Counted from the stretch's first letter, positions 37,115-51,814 are shown. The stretch is 64,000 bases of DNA from Eledone cirrhosa (GCA_964016885.1 OZ024740.1:83328001-83392000); one strand, 5' to 3'. A program made the numbers and translations. Notes: generated by a model from the letters alone, not told the origin.

Positions 37115-40100
37115 TGCTTTCTTTATTAACCACAAGGGTTTACATAAAGTAGACATTAAGGACAGTACAGGACAATAGAGGACGGTACAAATGGGCATTG
37201 CTGCGAGTAAAAAACAAAAACAGGGGATGTAACAAAAAAATAACAATGAAAAATTCCCCAATACGGGGGAGATTTCCGAGGGACATTCGTTGAGAAAGCT
37301 CATTAAAAAGCCACAGTGACCCTGACCACGAGGGCAAATGCCCTCTCCCTGTTTTCCACCTTTAATTTACAGACACATACTCAGAGTAGGCTCATTCACT
37401 AGGGCCATTCTTGCCTCTCTCACCCATCTTTCAACAAAATGCTGGGAAGAGAGCACTTCCCTCTCTACACTGATTTTCCTTTTCAAATGAAATTTGAAAA
37501 AGTTAATCACGGCATCACCGAAGAGGTATATGCTTGTCTTCAGCCCTTTCAAACGTTTCCACCATACTATCTCTTTCGCCATGGCCATCAGACAGATAAG
37601 AGCTGCCTGCCCTTCCCGGATAAAAGAAGAGGGCGGTGCAATCCTCACGATGGACTCAGTTGATAGCTGGATCCGTCCTAGACGCGACAGCAGGTGTTCG
37701 ACATAAACCCACAAGACAGCAATGCTCGGAAACTGGACGTGTGCGTGCAGGACGGTTTCGTCGCCCTGCACGCATCTCGGACATGGCCGGCTGACGGTAC
37801 CTCCATGCCTGTAGAGTTTATCCCGAACTGGCAAAGCTCCTCATTAGCACTGCCAGGGATTTCTGGAAGTTGTCCATAGGCCCCGGCCCGAAAGTTCTTC
37901 CGAAGAGATTTTCTAGTTGATTTTCGTCGATGCCTAGAGTTTCCCCAAGTACGTCCTCGCTCTTTCCCTCCACTAATCCTCTATAGAACGCCAAGGTGGA
38001 GTTTCCACCGAACACATTTCCAGATTGGTAGAGGGCTGTGAGCGCCTGAAGACATTCCAGTCTCCAAGCGCTCCCTCTCGGTATTCGATTGACCCAGGAC
38101 TATAGCTCCGTCAAGGAGACGAGCTGGGGAAAGACGCGTCTAGCAAACGGCGACCACACCTGATCACCGTCGAGGAAGAGGTGGATATGTTGTAGCCTGA
38201 GCGCGTGTCTGCGCATCATCAGCCACGCCATGCGCAGCCCTCCACGTAGCGGGTGTTGACAGAAGATGGACCGCCTGATCATACGAGCGCATCCCTTCCA
38301 CAAAAAGCGAAGGAGCAAACGCTCCAGCGTAGTCCGGTGAAGCTTAGGTCAAGGCACGATGGATAGGCGGTAGTAGATGACGGATGCGATGTACGCGTTA
38401 GCCACCTCCGCTCAACCTTTCTGGGGTAGCGTCCACTCCGACCATTTCTGGCTGAGAGAAGCCACAATGCTCGTCTCCTCGTCCCAGTTTTTGTCCGTCT
38501 GGAGGTCCGGACAGAAGCATACCCCTAACAATTTAACTGGTCCGTCGTCCAGCGCCCGACGACGCCGTTGGACCTGCCTCTCCAGGTACCGAGCTGAAGA
38601 CCCACTGACATTTCCTGGTTGATCATTGCTCCTGTCCCCACTTCGTATTCTCTTAGTGTAGTGCCGATCACCTCGATGTGTTTGGAGTTCGACACCACAA
38701 CGGTGATATCGTCCGTATATGCTGACACGGATCTTCCGCATCCTAGTTCACTCGGGACACCCGCAACGTCTCCAGTTTGTGCAGTAATGTCTCGAGAGTC
38801 TATACGTACAAGAGGGGCCAGGGGGAACATCCTTGGCGGACCGAGCGCATGATGTTGCCGCTTCCGAAAGGTGGCCGTTCACTCTCACCACAGAGCAGAT
38901 GTCGCTGAGCATGGCAGCGATCCAGCCTCTGAACGTGCCCAAAGCCAGCTGCCCTCAGAACTGCCGCTAGGTAACGATGGTCGATCCTATCGAAAGCTTT
39001 CGACTGATCTAAATTGATCAAGGACCGACCCGTGCCAGGTTCCCTAGATACCCTCTCCACGATGTATCGCATGAGGTGGAGGTTGCCGTGGATGGATCTG
39101 TCGGGAATGGCGCATGTCTGCGCTTCTCCCACCAGCCCACCAACGACAGCGGCAGCCTCTTTGCTAGAACCTTGGCCAATATGTTGAACTCTTGTTTAGC
39201 AGAGTTATGGACCTGAAATTATCTATGTTATCCCCCTTGTTCGGATCCTTTCTCAGCAGCGCCACCGCTCCTCGGCTCACAGAGCTGGGGATTCTCCCGT
39301 TCTGTTGCCAGTTGCAGTAGACATCCGCCAAGAGGCCTCCGAACAAGTCTGGCATCTGTACGTAAAGTTCATAGGGCAGACCATCCAAACCAGGCGAATT
39401 ACCCCTTGTGCACCCAGTCATTGCTTCCCGTGCTTCAGCTGCTGTTATCGGCTTTTCGCAACACTCCGCTTGAGTGGCCGAGAGCCGCGGCAGTCCGTCG
39501 AAGTAGACACTAGAGTCCACCATTCGATCCGGCCCGCCGCTGCCCCCGAACAGCTGAGCGAAGTCACGCTGAAAAGCTTCACACCTTTTCCCGGGATCGA
39601 ATAGCATGCGCCCTTCGTGGTCCACCAAAGACCGGATCGTGGCTTTGTTGCCATGATGTGCCTCCGCCACTCGGGCCCATTGAACGGCTTTCGTCCCCTC
39701 GTGTCTGAGAGCAAGCACCCTAGCTCTGACACCGCAGCCTTCGTGCTTTTCATTGAAGAATTTGTCAAGGCCCAATTTCTCCGCAAGTACGTCGGTTTTG
39801 ATGCCTTTGCTAAGCGCCTCGTCTAATTTTCTAACTAGTTCTCCCTCTGCTCTATTTTTCTGCGTAGCTAAAGCCTTACTAAACCTAATGGATTCTATTC
39901 TAATTGCTCTTTTCAGAGCAAAACACCACTTGTTGTTAACGATGGCCCCCTTCAACGCCCGCTTAACTAGTTCGCTAATCCGGTCTCTGAGGGCCTTGCG
40001 CGCTGGTAAGGCCGCGTTTAGCTACCAGTAGCCAGGTCCTCATCAATGAAGCCTATCTAAGTCAAGCACACAGATTACGAATTTGTGGTCCGTGCAGCTG

Positions 40101-40225
40101 ACTATCTTGAATTGTGGACAGCCTTTGCTAGACCTATCTGTTTACCTACAAAATACTCTATCTACTTATGATCTGGATGTCTCGATCCGGTTTGTCCAAG
40201 TCCACGTTGGCACATTCGGGAAATC
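37115..40225 (-). mobile_element. Tx1-clade LINE truncated by the duplication breakpoint
   Basis: NSPGLDGLPYELY, NLDQSKAFDRIDH and SAYTDDITV; frameshifted. Confidence 0.9.
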
Positions 40226-41026
40226 TCGCTGTTATTGATTCTTCAAACTCGCCTCGCATTTCTAATCAGATTCTGTTGCCTCAATATTGCACTGTATTCA
40301 TTAAAATACTTCCAATACATACCCACCTTTGTATATATAAAACACTGAAGTAATTTAAGATTGTGAAAACTATATGAAAAATATAATCGTGCTACATTTA
40401 CGCTCAGAACTCGTAACTGGATATTGCAAATATTACCACTAACTGTCGGTCGTTTTCATAAAGAATAACACTTCATTTTTCATGTTATATAGTTCGAAAT
40501 TCGTATTAAAGAATGTAAAATACTAAAGAATGTAAAATAGAAAGGTATGTAAAATATGTACACACATATGAGAAATTCTCCTTATTAAAGTACATTCGAT
40601 TTAAAAATATCTGAATTAATCCCTTATTAAAGAGACGGGTCATCCTGACGTAGAATTATTTAAAATCAAATGTTTTATCAAAACGAAAATGCCATGAACA
40701 GCTTTCCGTAAACAGTAGTAGCTTGCTAGTTTAAAATACGCCTCCTCATTATTCTAGACGCCAACAATGTTATGTTATCTTAGAACTAGCATTAAGCCAC
40801 GAATCAGCCGAATATTCACAAAAAAGACGATGGGGTAGTTAATGATCGGGAATTAGTGATTATATGATTGTTATGCTTAAAAAATGCATACAGATAAAAT
40901 GGATTGTGGCTGTAAGAATAGTAGACGTAGTATACGGAATAAGAATTAGCATTAGGTATACACATATATGTGCACTATATCTATCTATCTATCTATCTAT
41001 CTATATATCTATCAATCTGTCTATCT

Positions 41027-41765
41027 GGTCAGGCAGTGCTACCGAGGAGCTCTACCAGTTTGAGACAAAATCTACAGACACGGACGCCCTGGCAGAGATC
41101 CTGCCAAAAGGACCTGTCCAAGATGCGAGCAGGACATCACAACCGTTCTGCACGCGATTGTTCAGTGCCCAGGGGTGACCGACCTGTGGAATTAGGTCGA
41201 ACAGCTACTGTCACGTGTGGGACGCTTCCAGTTGTCAACTGAGTCCATCGTGGGGATGACTCAGCCGCCTGCATTTAAGAATGAAGGAGAGGGGGTTTTC
41301 CGCTGCCTGGTGGCTATGGTGAAAGAGATAATATGATGGACGAGGTTCAAAGGATTGAGAGCAAACACCTTTCTCCCCGGACAACAACACATCCCCTTCT
41401 TTAAGTACCACTTCAGAAGGAAAGTGAGAGTGGAAAGAGAGGTGCTACACACCAGTAAAGGTGGGTTAATGTGGATAAAATGGCCCGAGTGAATGGGCCT
41501 TCTCTGTGGGTTGAGGAAGATAAACATAGGGAAGACGGGAACACCAGCAAAACGTGTTCCTGGTGTTGAGGGTCGTTCTATTCACGGGGTGTAAAACAAC
41601 ATTGCAGTAACGTTCCCCCCTATTGCGGATTTCAATTGTTATTTTATTATATATTGTTTATTGTTATTTAATAATGTTAAAGTTGTATGATTTTATGTAA
41701 AACCCCCAACCTTACGTCTTGTAATGTCCCATATTTGTACGCGCCTGTGCCAAATAAAGAAAGAT
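41027..41765 (+). mobile_element. Tx1-clade 3' fragment in (TATC)n (duplicate, with longer 3' UTR)
   Basis: Near-identical to 29657-30265, plus about 125 bp that the first copy lacks. Confidence 0.75.
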
Positions 41766-43487
41766 ATCTATCTATCTAGCTATCTATCTCTCTATATATA
41801 TACTACTAAAACTTTGTGAGTGCTTGCTTACTTGCTTGTCTGTAATGTAATACAGCCAAAAGGGTGCATAATAGGAAATACTTTGAGAGGAAGTTGACGC
41901 TGAAATGGAGTAAAACAAGTTTCGAGTAAATCGGAGGACGTGTTCCCGAGATCTGGGGGTTTTCCGGTGACTTTCATCAACAGAGTGAGAGAGAGAAAGA
42001 TAGAGAGAAAGAGATAGTGCTTGTGAGAGAGTAGATTGAAAGAGAGACATAGGGAGAGGGAGAGGAGACAGAGAATGGAAGAGCGGGAGAGCTGGTGTTG
42101 TTGTTGTGTATGTCTGTATATATATATATATGTGTGTGTGTGTCTATGACCAGTGTATATAGATCACAGACACCCACTTATATATATATACACACACACA
42201 CACCTATATTGATATATATACACACACACATTTATGTATATACATACACACACGTATATATACGGGCCTTCCAGCTTCATTTCACATTATATGCGTGTCT
42301 GTGTATTTTTCAATTATTTGAAAATTATTTTTAAATGACCATGATTTCTTTTTAATATTTTGAAGTGAATATGACCCAACAGGTCACGGGTGGTCAAGTA
42401 TACAATTAAAATTGATGGATGCGGTAATGAGTACACATTGGAATGTAAGAAAATTGTAAATTGTATGCATCTGGATAAAAATCAGGGGAATATATTATAA
42501 AGCTCTCATATCCGTGATTAGCTTCTATTTGAGGTGAACGAGAGAAATGGAAGAGAAAAGAAATAATAAATCTGCAAATGCGGGAAGCATGCAGAATAAA
42601 ATATTCATTATATACTACTTGGGAATTTTAGAAAGAAGGCAATCACATCAAAATACCAAATATACTCAATGTAAACGTCGCCATTAATGGAAACGTCGCC
42701 ATTCAAGCGAGAGTTCACAGATAAATTAGATGCATTGAATAGTGCCATGATGGTAAATGGGACTTCGATTTCAACAAGTGTGAAGAGGAAAAGGCATAAG
42801 AGATGAAATTTTAGGATGCCAAAATACGTTTCCGCGGGACAAGCATATTCAGAGACCCCTTTGACAAATTGCCAATCAAGGAAGGTGATGGGGTGCTACC
42901 GAGGCAAATTCCAAAAAGGTTGACACGTGAAAGATAATTGAAGGTGTTTCTCATATCCAGCATTAAATATGCGATGCCAGGCGATGGTCGACACAGACTC
43001 AAGAAATCCGTCATGGATGAATTTCGTGACTTTATGGAAGGATCCCTCATAACAATCATCTACAGCACACCCAAGGTGCAAAGAATTTTGTACGGCACCC
43101 TGATCACAAACCACAGAAGTAGGCATGTCATTGTCAGCCAATCTGCAGTAAACATAACCCAGTAAATTTGCCAACGTCTGTCCTCTACTTCAGAGTCTCC
43201 TATTGATTGAAACGATAAGGGTGGAGGCAAAAGAAGCAATCGGTACTTCCGCTACAGCTTGCGGAGGAATACAATATACATAAGCAATAATAGTCGGATG
43301 GATATATGTGCTTGATTTCTGCGGAAAATTCAGATAGGAGAAATGTCATGACTTTTCTCGTATCAGTGTGATCCCCTCGGACAACATAATCCTACTCCAC
43401 GAATCATCTTTTGGTTTTTTTTTTTTCTTTTATGTACTCTGAATTTTCTGCAGAAATCAAGTGCATACGTCCATGCAACATTTATTG

Positions 43488-44648
<1,161 letters not shown>

Positions 44649-45230
44649 AGTGAGAAATGAAATTTCGTTTCATTCTATTACAACTTATATATATATATAT
44701 ATGAAAATATGGGTGAGAAGAATACTGCTGGTTGCACATGGATAACATGTTATAAAATGAGTCCCTCATCAGTGATTTACCAAACGATCATGGGTATTTC
44801 ATCGCATTAAAAATCATATACCTCACGTTGGAGCGATAATAACTAAAATAAGTTATTAGGACAATAGAAACGCGTAAAGCGAGTGAGACAAGTTAACAAC
44901 ACAGGGGGAAGCTAACCGAAGATGGAAATAAACACATGCAACATAGTTATTCTTTCAGCATAAGCTGTGTGAATATATGAGCGAGTCCGAAAACAGACCT
45001 TTCGCTAGTGAATCCGGTGTTAGAAAGAATGAAAACGTTTTCCCAGCGAACGGGAGGAAGAAAGAAGGGGAGAAACAGGGACTGAGTGAGTGGGAGTGCG
45101 AAGAAGAGGTTAGTAGAGAGAAAGAGTTAACTGGCGTGGCAGAGGGGACGAAAGAAAGTAAGAGAAACAGAGACAACGAGGGAGCAGTAAGAGAGAAAGA
45201 GAGAAACGCAGAATTGCAGAAAATATGGGT

Positions 45231-45269
<39 letters not shown>

Positions 45270-45653
45270 ACATATATATGTTCAAATCCAAGTATCGGTA
45301 TCCGTGGTTTACCATTCGATTAATTGGTGAAATATATTTCTTTAACGGAATATATACAGGGAAGATTAATCATATTATCAGGTATCTATTTTTGAAGTTC
45401 TAGTTAACTTTATTTAGTTACCGACCTAGCTAGTGTGCTTACACACTTGTAAAAATTATCCCATGTGATTATTTCCTATGTTTATTTATGTTAATTAATT
45501 TCTAGTTGTTATAAAATGCTCGGATCTATTCATTAGAATCTTGGAGCTTATTTTACCGGTGATATGAGGCATGCCTTGTGGCATGACACCCATAATTTTG
45601 ATTTAGATTAAATTCATTTTGATTTATCTTAATTGTGGATATATATATATATA

Positions 45654-45947
45654 TAACTTTGATAACTTTGATATGTTTCGGCCAGTATTGGCCCAGGCCA
45701 TGTCTAACTTAATAGCACCACCTGGCGAAGTCTTACCAATCAGGGTTTGGGCACTATGGCCTACTCCAGCAGAGTGTTATTGTTTGCGGAGCCATATCCG
45801 GGATTTATTGAAGGAATTTGTCCAAAGACATCTTGAACTTGATGGAGTCTGTTTCTGTTTTGATGTGTTTTCGTGTAATGTTAAAGAGAGCAGGGCCAAT
45901 CGAGGTGAAATAATTGTGCCGTATTGTTATGAGATGCGAGTGAGATT
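45654..45947 (-). mobile_element. 3' fragment of the CR1/L2-group LINE
   Basis: Homologous to 11527-11843 (3' UTR TTTCGGCCAGTATTGGCCCAGGCCATGTCTAACTTAATAGCACCACCTGGC). Confidence 0.9.
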
Positions 45948-48092
45948 TTTTTTTTTTTACTTTTTTTTTTAAAGAAAATAAAAATGTTCTTTTCTCCTCT
46001 TCCTCAAATTAAAAAAAAATGTAAATCTACTTTTTGTTTTGTTCCAATAAATTGTTTTATTTTGTGTTTATTTTTGTTGTTGTTTAAATTACAATTAATT
46101 CCACCAAACCAAATAAGGTTTTTCTAATTTTTTGTTAATATATATATATATATATTTTTTTTTAATCATTTGAGTTAGTCCTATCTAGAATGTGCATCAG
46201 GATCGGTGGAGTTAGAATGACTGTCTCGTTTATCTTTCAACTCATTAGCACTGTCTAATGGACTGTTGGCCTTTGATTTAGAACTAGTGGGTGAATTTGT
46301 ATGACTGCGAGGATGTGATGTGGTTGATGAAGGAATCAGTTGGGATAGAGCCCCTGGTATACTCGCTGGTGATTTAATCTTACTTGAGTGGTTCACCCTG
46401 GGACTAACAGTGCGGGGATATGTCCTATCAAGAGAGGGTCAACAGCTCTCAATGTTGACAGTTTGTTTTGCTCATACTCATAGCGCTCTCGATAAAAAAA
46501 CGGGACTCGTTCAAATATCCGTTCCCGTAAAAAAAGGTCCCGCATGTGTTCACGTTTGCTCCCGCTCTATGTGCCGCAAGTGGAGTCGGTGGTGCGGGAC
46601 GTCGAACCACTTCTCATAGTGACTCTAAACAGCCAGTTGTGGACGATCATTGCTAAAATATCTTGCACCAATCATACGTTCCCTCTCCACCACATTGACA
46701 GGCATGGCGGCTGCCGTGTGTGATAGGGGGCAGAATAAGTACTCGTTACTCCGTAACATTTTGTCACGTTCGAGCAACTGTGCCTCCTCCTCACGACGTT
46801 CCTCTTTGATCGTTATGCTGGCTTTCTCTTTGTGTCGCTTATCGATCACCTCCGCTTTTTCCGCTTCCAGCCGACCATTTCTTATCGGAGACCCAGATCG
46901 TGATCGTGACCGTCATCTCTCTGCCTCTGTGTATCGGTCACTCTGAACCTTCTCCCTACCTCGGTCAATATCAAGGCTCGTAACCTCTCCAGATTCCTTC
47001 TTTCTCCTTCTCGTTCTTCCTCTTACCTTTTGTCATGAAGACTTAATTCCTTCTCTCGTTCTCTGTCGTCTGTTTTTGGCCAGGTTGGCGGCGTTGGGAA
47101 CGATGAGGTTGTCTTGTGTAGTTGATTCTATTCTGGGAACAGCGTTGATATCCTGGACAGTTCTCTGGCACCATTAAATATATATTATTTCCTAGACCAG
47201 GGAAGTCAACACTGTATGGGGATGGCCGAGCAAATGGTGATAGACCTATGTGATCTGGGTTTAAAAAGCTACTGTGGTGTGTGTGCCCAGAGTCAAATTG
47301 ATGTCTTGTAGATCCCATGAAAGGACTTATAAGTGCAGGCTGGGCGCTGCTCCCTAAATCTGGTGGACGATGTATATTACTGTTGGGTAAAAGATGTGTT
47401 GGGGGTCGCAGTGGGTCTATGACAGTCTTTGTGTCTGCGCCCCCCTTCTGCGCTTCGTGCTGTTTCTGTTGATGGTGGTAGATGCGCCAGGCAACCTGCA
47501 CACGCACTGCACACCATTTACCAGTTTTCTTTGGTGTCACAGGAGAAGGCCCAGGTTTCACGCGTTCTCGGAGAGACAGTAAAGCTGGGTCAGATGACAT
47601 GGCCCCAGGGTTAATGGTTCTGGGTTCAAAAGCTCTAGTTATTCCCGAATTTAAAGGAGCAGTCCCTGGCGCCGCTGGGGTCAGAAGTGAGGGTAGAGCA
47701 TAACTGAGTCGAGGAATTCCTTGGCGGTAGAATGATGGCTCATATCCAGGGATTTTCTCAAAAAAGTGCTGGGCATTATTGGGCAGCAATGAGGGCGAGA
47801 ACGGAGATGAGCTTAGACCAATCATGTGTTGGTGAGTGTGTTGATGTTGGTGCATGTGTTTGTGTTGATGCATCTCAGTACGCATGTATGAGGCAGGACC
47901 AAGGGAGGGGGCGTCCTACCATGGGCCAACAGCCGGTTGCTCACTTCACGTTGCAAATAGTCAGCATATAAATATGGACTAATAACGGACGGGCAGAGAC
48001 CGCCGGGAAAATCAAAATGCTCGCACTGCTTCGAGGTTGGATGGTGAGTTGCATGGAAAGACATAAAATCTGCAAATTGGCCGAGACTTCCA
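45948..48092 (-). pseudogene. AUTS2-like: processed pseudogene of an AUTS2/Fibrosin-like (tay bridge-related) gene
   Basis: KKTGKWCAVRVQVAWRIYHHQQK (family motif GKWCAMHVxIAWxIYHHQQK) and the His/Gln repeat MHQHKHMHQHQHTHQH. Intronless, frameshifted and 5'-truncated, with a poly(A) remnant (T-run 45946-45970). Confidence 0.85.
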
Positions 48093-48151
48093 CATATATA
48101 TATATATATATATAGTTATAGAACTAACCAAGGAGTGCCTAGAAAAAAATT

Positions 48152-48213
48152 GTTTAATTAGCTAACAGTGTTTCATCCATACTCCATGGCAGTAATCATC
48201 AGAGCCTATAAAC
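48152..48213 (-). ncRNA. minimal type I hammerhead ribozyme (family F)
   Basis: Minus strand reads GGCT-CTGATGA-..CCATggagtATGGat-GAAA-CACTG-TT-AGCT. Confidence 0.6.
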
Positions 48214-50184
48214 ATGTGTATATCAATAGTTGCATGCTCCATCGAGCTGGGTCACCAGAACAAGGTTAAAGGACCAGCAGGGGGTAAAGAGGCCAGCGCT
48301 ATATGGAAAAAGACAGAATACATGATGCACATAATGTCATAAAATGTCTTTAAAAATTACATCAAAAGTTAAAAATTAAAAATTACACCAAAACTTTATC
48401 ACTTAAATGGTGCAATAGATGATAAAGAGGTTGGGAGAGGGTAGCAAGGGATGAGTGATGGTATTACTCAGCATGATCAGAAACAATAAAAAAATAATTA
48501 AAAAGTACAAAAATACAGAGATAACAAAAGAGATAAATATAAACATACAAAACAATAAAGGAACAAAAAGCCCACAAAACAAAACAAAAAATATAAAACA
48601 AAGCAATGCATAAATTCATTAAAGAACAGGCAGTGAAAAAACAGGGTGTACATGCAGATTAAGAGAGTTTGCAAGCATGAGTCTGTGAGAAGAATACTTG
48701 GTTAGCAGTGGTGCAGCCCTACATGTATGATAGTCAATATAAAGCATGGTGTACTCCAATTATATCGCCTTGTAACAGGTCGAATCTCCTTATCACATCA
48801 GCACCCTACGAACCTCATCGATATGTTCCAGTTCCGAACGTTAAGTGAGATAACACTATTTTTCCAAAACCTATACCCAGGGGATTTATCACCATAGGCG
48901 GTCTGGGATATACACCTAAAATCTAAAATAAAAAATAAAAGAAAGTACAATGAGTTAAAAAAATGTATGGTACATGTACAGCCGGCACAAAAGTGAGGAA
49001 ATTGAAAATACGTCAGGTCCGCAATAACTGGCATTCCTCAAAGTCCTCACGTTCGGTCACTCAATCCAACGTCCCAGGTGAAATTCACTGTATGTCCGAG
49101 TTGGCGTCTAACCAATGTGTCATACCGTATACAACTATACCACAGTAAAAGTAAATCGTGATGGCTATCCAGTCACATAGAGAGAAAGTGTATATAGGAA
49201 ACTCCGCTTCCAGAATCACATATGGCAGAGTGAGCAGATATTGTTATAATAAAAGGCGGGTTTATTATAGTGAGTGCAAATTTCTGTAGAATATATATAT
49301 ATATAGAAGAGAAACTCACGGCCAAACCTGTCAATGACAGCTATGTTATTTATATGTCCGCCACGTGGTTTTCCTTTAGACTATTGACTCCGGAGGCTGC
49401 AATCCATTCACAGTCGGGTGTGACCCCTCCTGGGTCGGCCGGAGTTCAATATCCAGTGTCGCACATTGGCTTGAGTGTGGTTCTATAATTCATCAAAGCT
49501 GGATCACAATCCATATTCAACTAATTCCAACTTTCAAGGGTTAGCCCCTCGCTAGTAACACATACCGGTAGTCCGAATATAAACACAGGAGGTCATAGTG
49601 TGCTATGAAAAGTATGGGAGGCAATTCGCGTCATAAAGGGCGGATTCATTAGATATCCAATGGGATGCTTGGGGCGAGTCATTTGTTTGATTCGAACCCT
49701 TCAGCGATCAACTATACCTTACCCGGGGCTTGATCGATCCAGCGACAATTAGCCCATACGATTTGCTACCATAGTATATATTAGATCAATCACACACTTG
49801 AGGGTTAAGTGTAACTGGACCCCGGGTGGCCAATTCACCCGCTTTATAGCTGCGGCGGGGTTTTCTGTGCTTTCGACAGACTATTATGCTGTTTTTGCAC
49901 TGATTGTGCTTTGATCTATTTATGCTTTGCTTTGTTTTATATTTTTTTGTTGTTTTTCGGGTTTTTGTTCCTTTATTGTTTTGTACTTTTATATTTTTCT
50001 CTTTTGTTATCTCTGTATTTTTGTACTTTTTTACTATTTTTTTTTTATTGTTTCTGATCATGCAGAGTAATACCTTCACTCATCCATTGCTACCCTCTCC
50101 CATCCTCTTTATCAGCTATTGCACCATTTAAGTGATACATCTTTAGCGCAGCACGATGGAACATGCAACTATTGATATACTCTT

Positions 50185-50246
50185 GTTTATAGGCTCTGAT
50201 GATTCCTGCCATGAGTTATGGATGAAACACTGTTAGCTAATAAAAC
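50185..50246 (+). ncRNA. minimal type I hammerhead ribozyme (family F)
   Basis: TTTATaGGCT-CTGATGA-tTCC..GGAt-GAAA-CACTG-TT-AGCTaATAAA; GUU site at 50232-50234. Confidence 0.65.
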
Positions 50247-50392
50247 AGTGTATTTCCAAGCACTGTTTGGTTACTCTTATAACTATAAGGACTCTGTAGT
50301 ATACTAGTTATCCTACATTGAGCTAAAACCACACTGTCATACCAAGGGCAATACATCTGCGTGTCTGGGCATATTGATATATTTGTCAACGA

Positions 50393-50436
<44 letters not shown>

Positions 50437-50476
50437 TAATATATATATATAATATATATATACAATATATAATACA

Positions 50477-50556
<80 letters not shown>

Positions 50557-50672
50557 ATGTATATATAATGTATTTTGCAATACACTTTATGCTTAATTAA
50601 ACGCATTTTGAAGACCGTAAGCTATTGTTTTAAAGTAGTGACAAATTCACTTACTTTGATCTCAGCAAAAGA

Positions 50673-50733
50673 GGAGATAAGCCGACAAGTCTTGTTTCGC
50701 TTTGGTTGAAGCTTATCAAGGCCAACTACCCCT
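50673..50733 (-). ncRNA. U3-A8 hammerhead ribozyme (family A, intact)
   Basis: Minus strand reads GGCC-TTGATAA-GCTTcaaccaAAGC-GAAA-CAAGaCTTG-TC-GGCT. Confidence 0.8.
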
Positions 50734-51173
50734 CCTGGCTACCGAGATCACTGATGTTATATTCTTATAGAAATCTAGTAAATAATCAGGAGCTGATTAT
50801 GCAGAGCGGTTGTTGGTCCGGCAGAAACTAAAAATTAGAATTGGAGCTCTGCAATAGCAATATATATATGGATGTATATATAATGTATTTTGCGAAACAA
50901 GAATTGTTGGCTTATCTCCCCTGTTTGCTGAGATCAAAGTAAGTGAATTTGTCACTACTTTAAAACAATAGCTTACGGTCTTCAAAATGCTTTTAATTAA
51001 GCATAAAGTGTATTGCAAAATACATTATATATACATCCATATATATATTGCTATTTCAGAGCTCCAATTCTAATTTTTTATTTCTGCCTGACCAACAACC
51101 GCTCTGCATAATCAGCTCCTGATTATTTACTAGATTTCTTTAGGAATATAACATCAGTGATCTCGGTAGACAG

Positions 51174-51237
51174 AGGGGTAGTTGGCCTTGATAAGCTTCA
51201 TCCAAAGCGAAACAAGACTTGTCCGCTTATCTCCCCT
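51174..51237 (+). ncRNA. U3-A8 hammerhead ribozyme (family A)
   Basis: TTGATAA 51188-51194, GAAA 51209-51212, GTC 51221-51223. The first stem I pair is a C-C mismatch. Confidence 0.7.
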
Positions 51238-51488
51238 GTTTGCTGAGATCAAAGTAAGTGAATTTGTCACTACTTTAAAACAATAGCTTACGGTCTTCAA
51301 AATGCTTTTAATTAAGCATAAAGTGTATTGCAAAATACATTATATATACATCCATACATATATTGCTATTTCAGAGCTCCAATTCTAATTTTTAATTTCT
51401 GCCTGACCAACAACCGCTCTGCATAATCAGCTCCTGATTATTTACTAGATTTCTTTAAGAATATAACATCAGTGATCTCGGTAGACAG

Positions 51489-51552
51489 AGGGGTAGTTGG
51501 CCTTGATAAGCTTCATTCAAAGCGAAACAAGACTTGTCCGCTTATCTCCCCT
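51489..51552 (+). ncRNA. U3-A8 hammerhead ribozyme (family A)
   Basis: TTGATAA 51503-51509, GAAA 51524-51527, GTC 51536-51538. Same C-C mismatch. Confidence 0.7.
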
Positions 51553-51705
51553 GTTTGCTGAGATTAAAGTAAGTGAATTTGTCACTACTTTAAAGCAATA
51601 GCTTACGGTCTTCAAAATGCTTTTAATTAAGCATAAAGTGTATTGCAAAATACATTATATATACATCTATATATATATTGCTATTTCAGAGCTCCAATTC
51701 TAATT

Positions 51706-51741
<36 letters not shown>

Positions 51742-51743
51742 CG

Positions 51744-51814
<71 letters not shown>

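Larger units (their letters stand above)
48112..50288. repeat. inverted repeat element (arms 48112-48612 and 49919-50288), each arm with a hammerhead
   Basis: The arms are diverged reverse complements; the left arm has about 150 bp extra; the spacer is about 1.3 kb. Confidence 0.8.
50551..51706. mobile_element. retrozyme-like family A array: one inverted unit (50551-50893) plus about 2.6 tandem 315-bp units
   Basis: HHR GAAA at 50894, 51209 and 51524 (exact 315-bp period). An inverted unit precedes them. Confidence 0.85.

Noticed and set aside
47043-47885. 280-aa ORF as a functional AUTS2 gene or exon
   Set aside because: Frameshifts on both sides, a poly(A) remnant and no introns indicate a processed pseudogene.
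50894-51706. Regularly spaced repeats as a CRISPR array or plain satellite
   Set aside because: Whole units repeat without unique spacers, the context is eukaryotic and no cas genes are present. The ribozyme content and dispersed relatives argue against a simple satellite.
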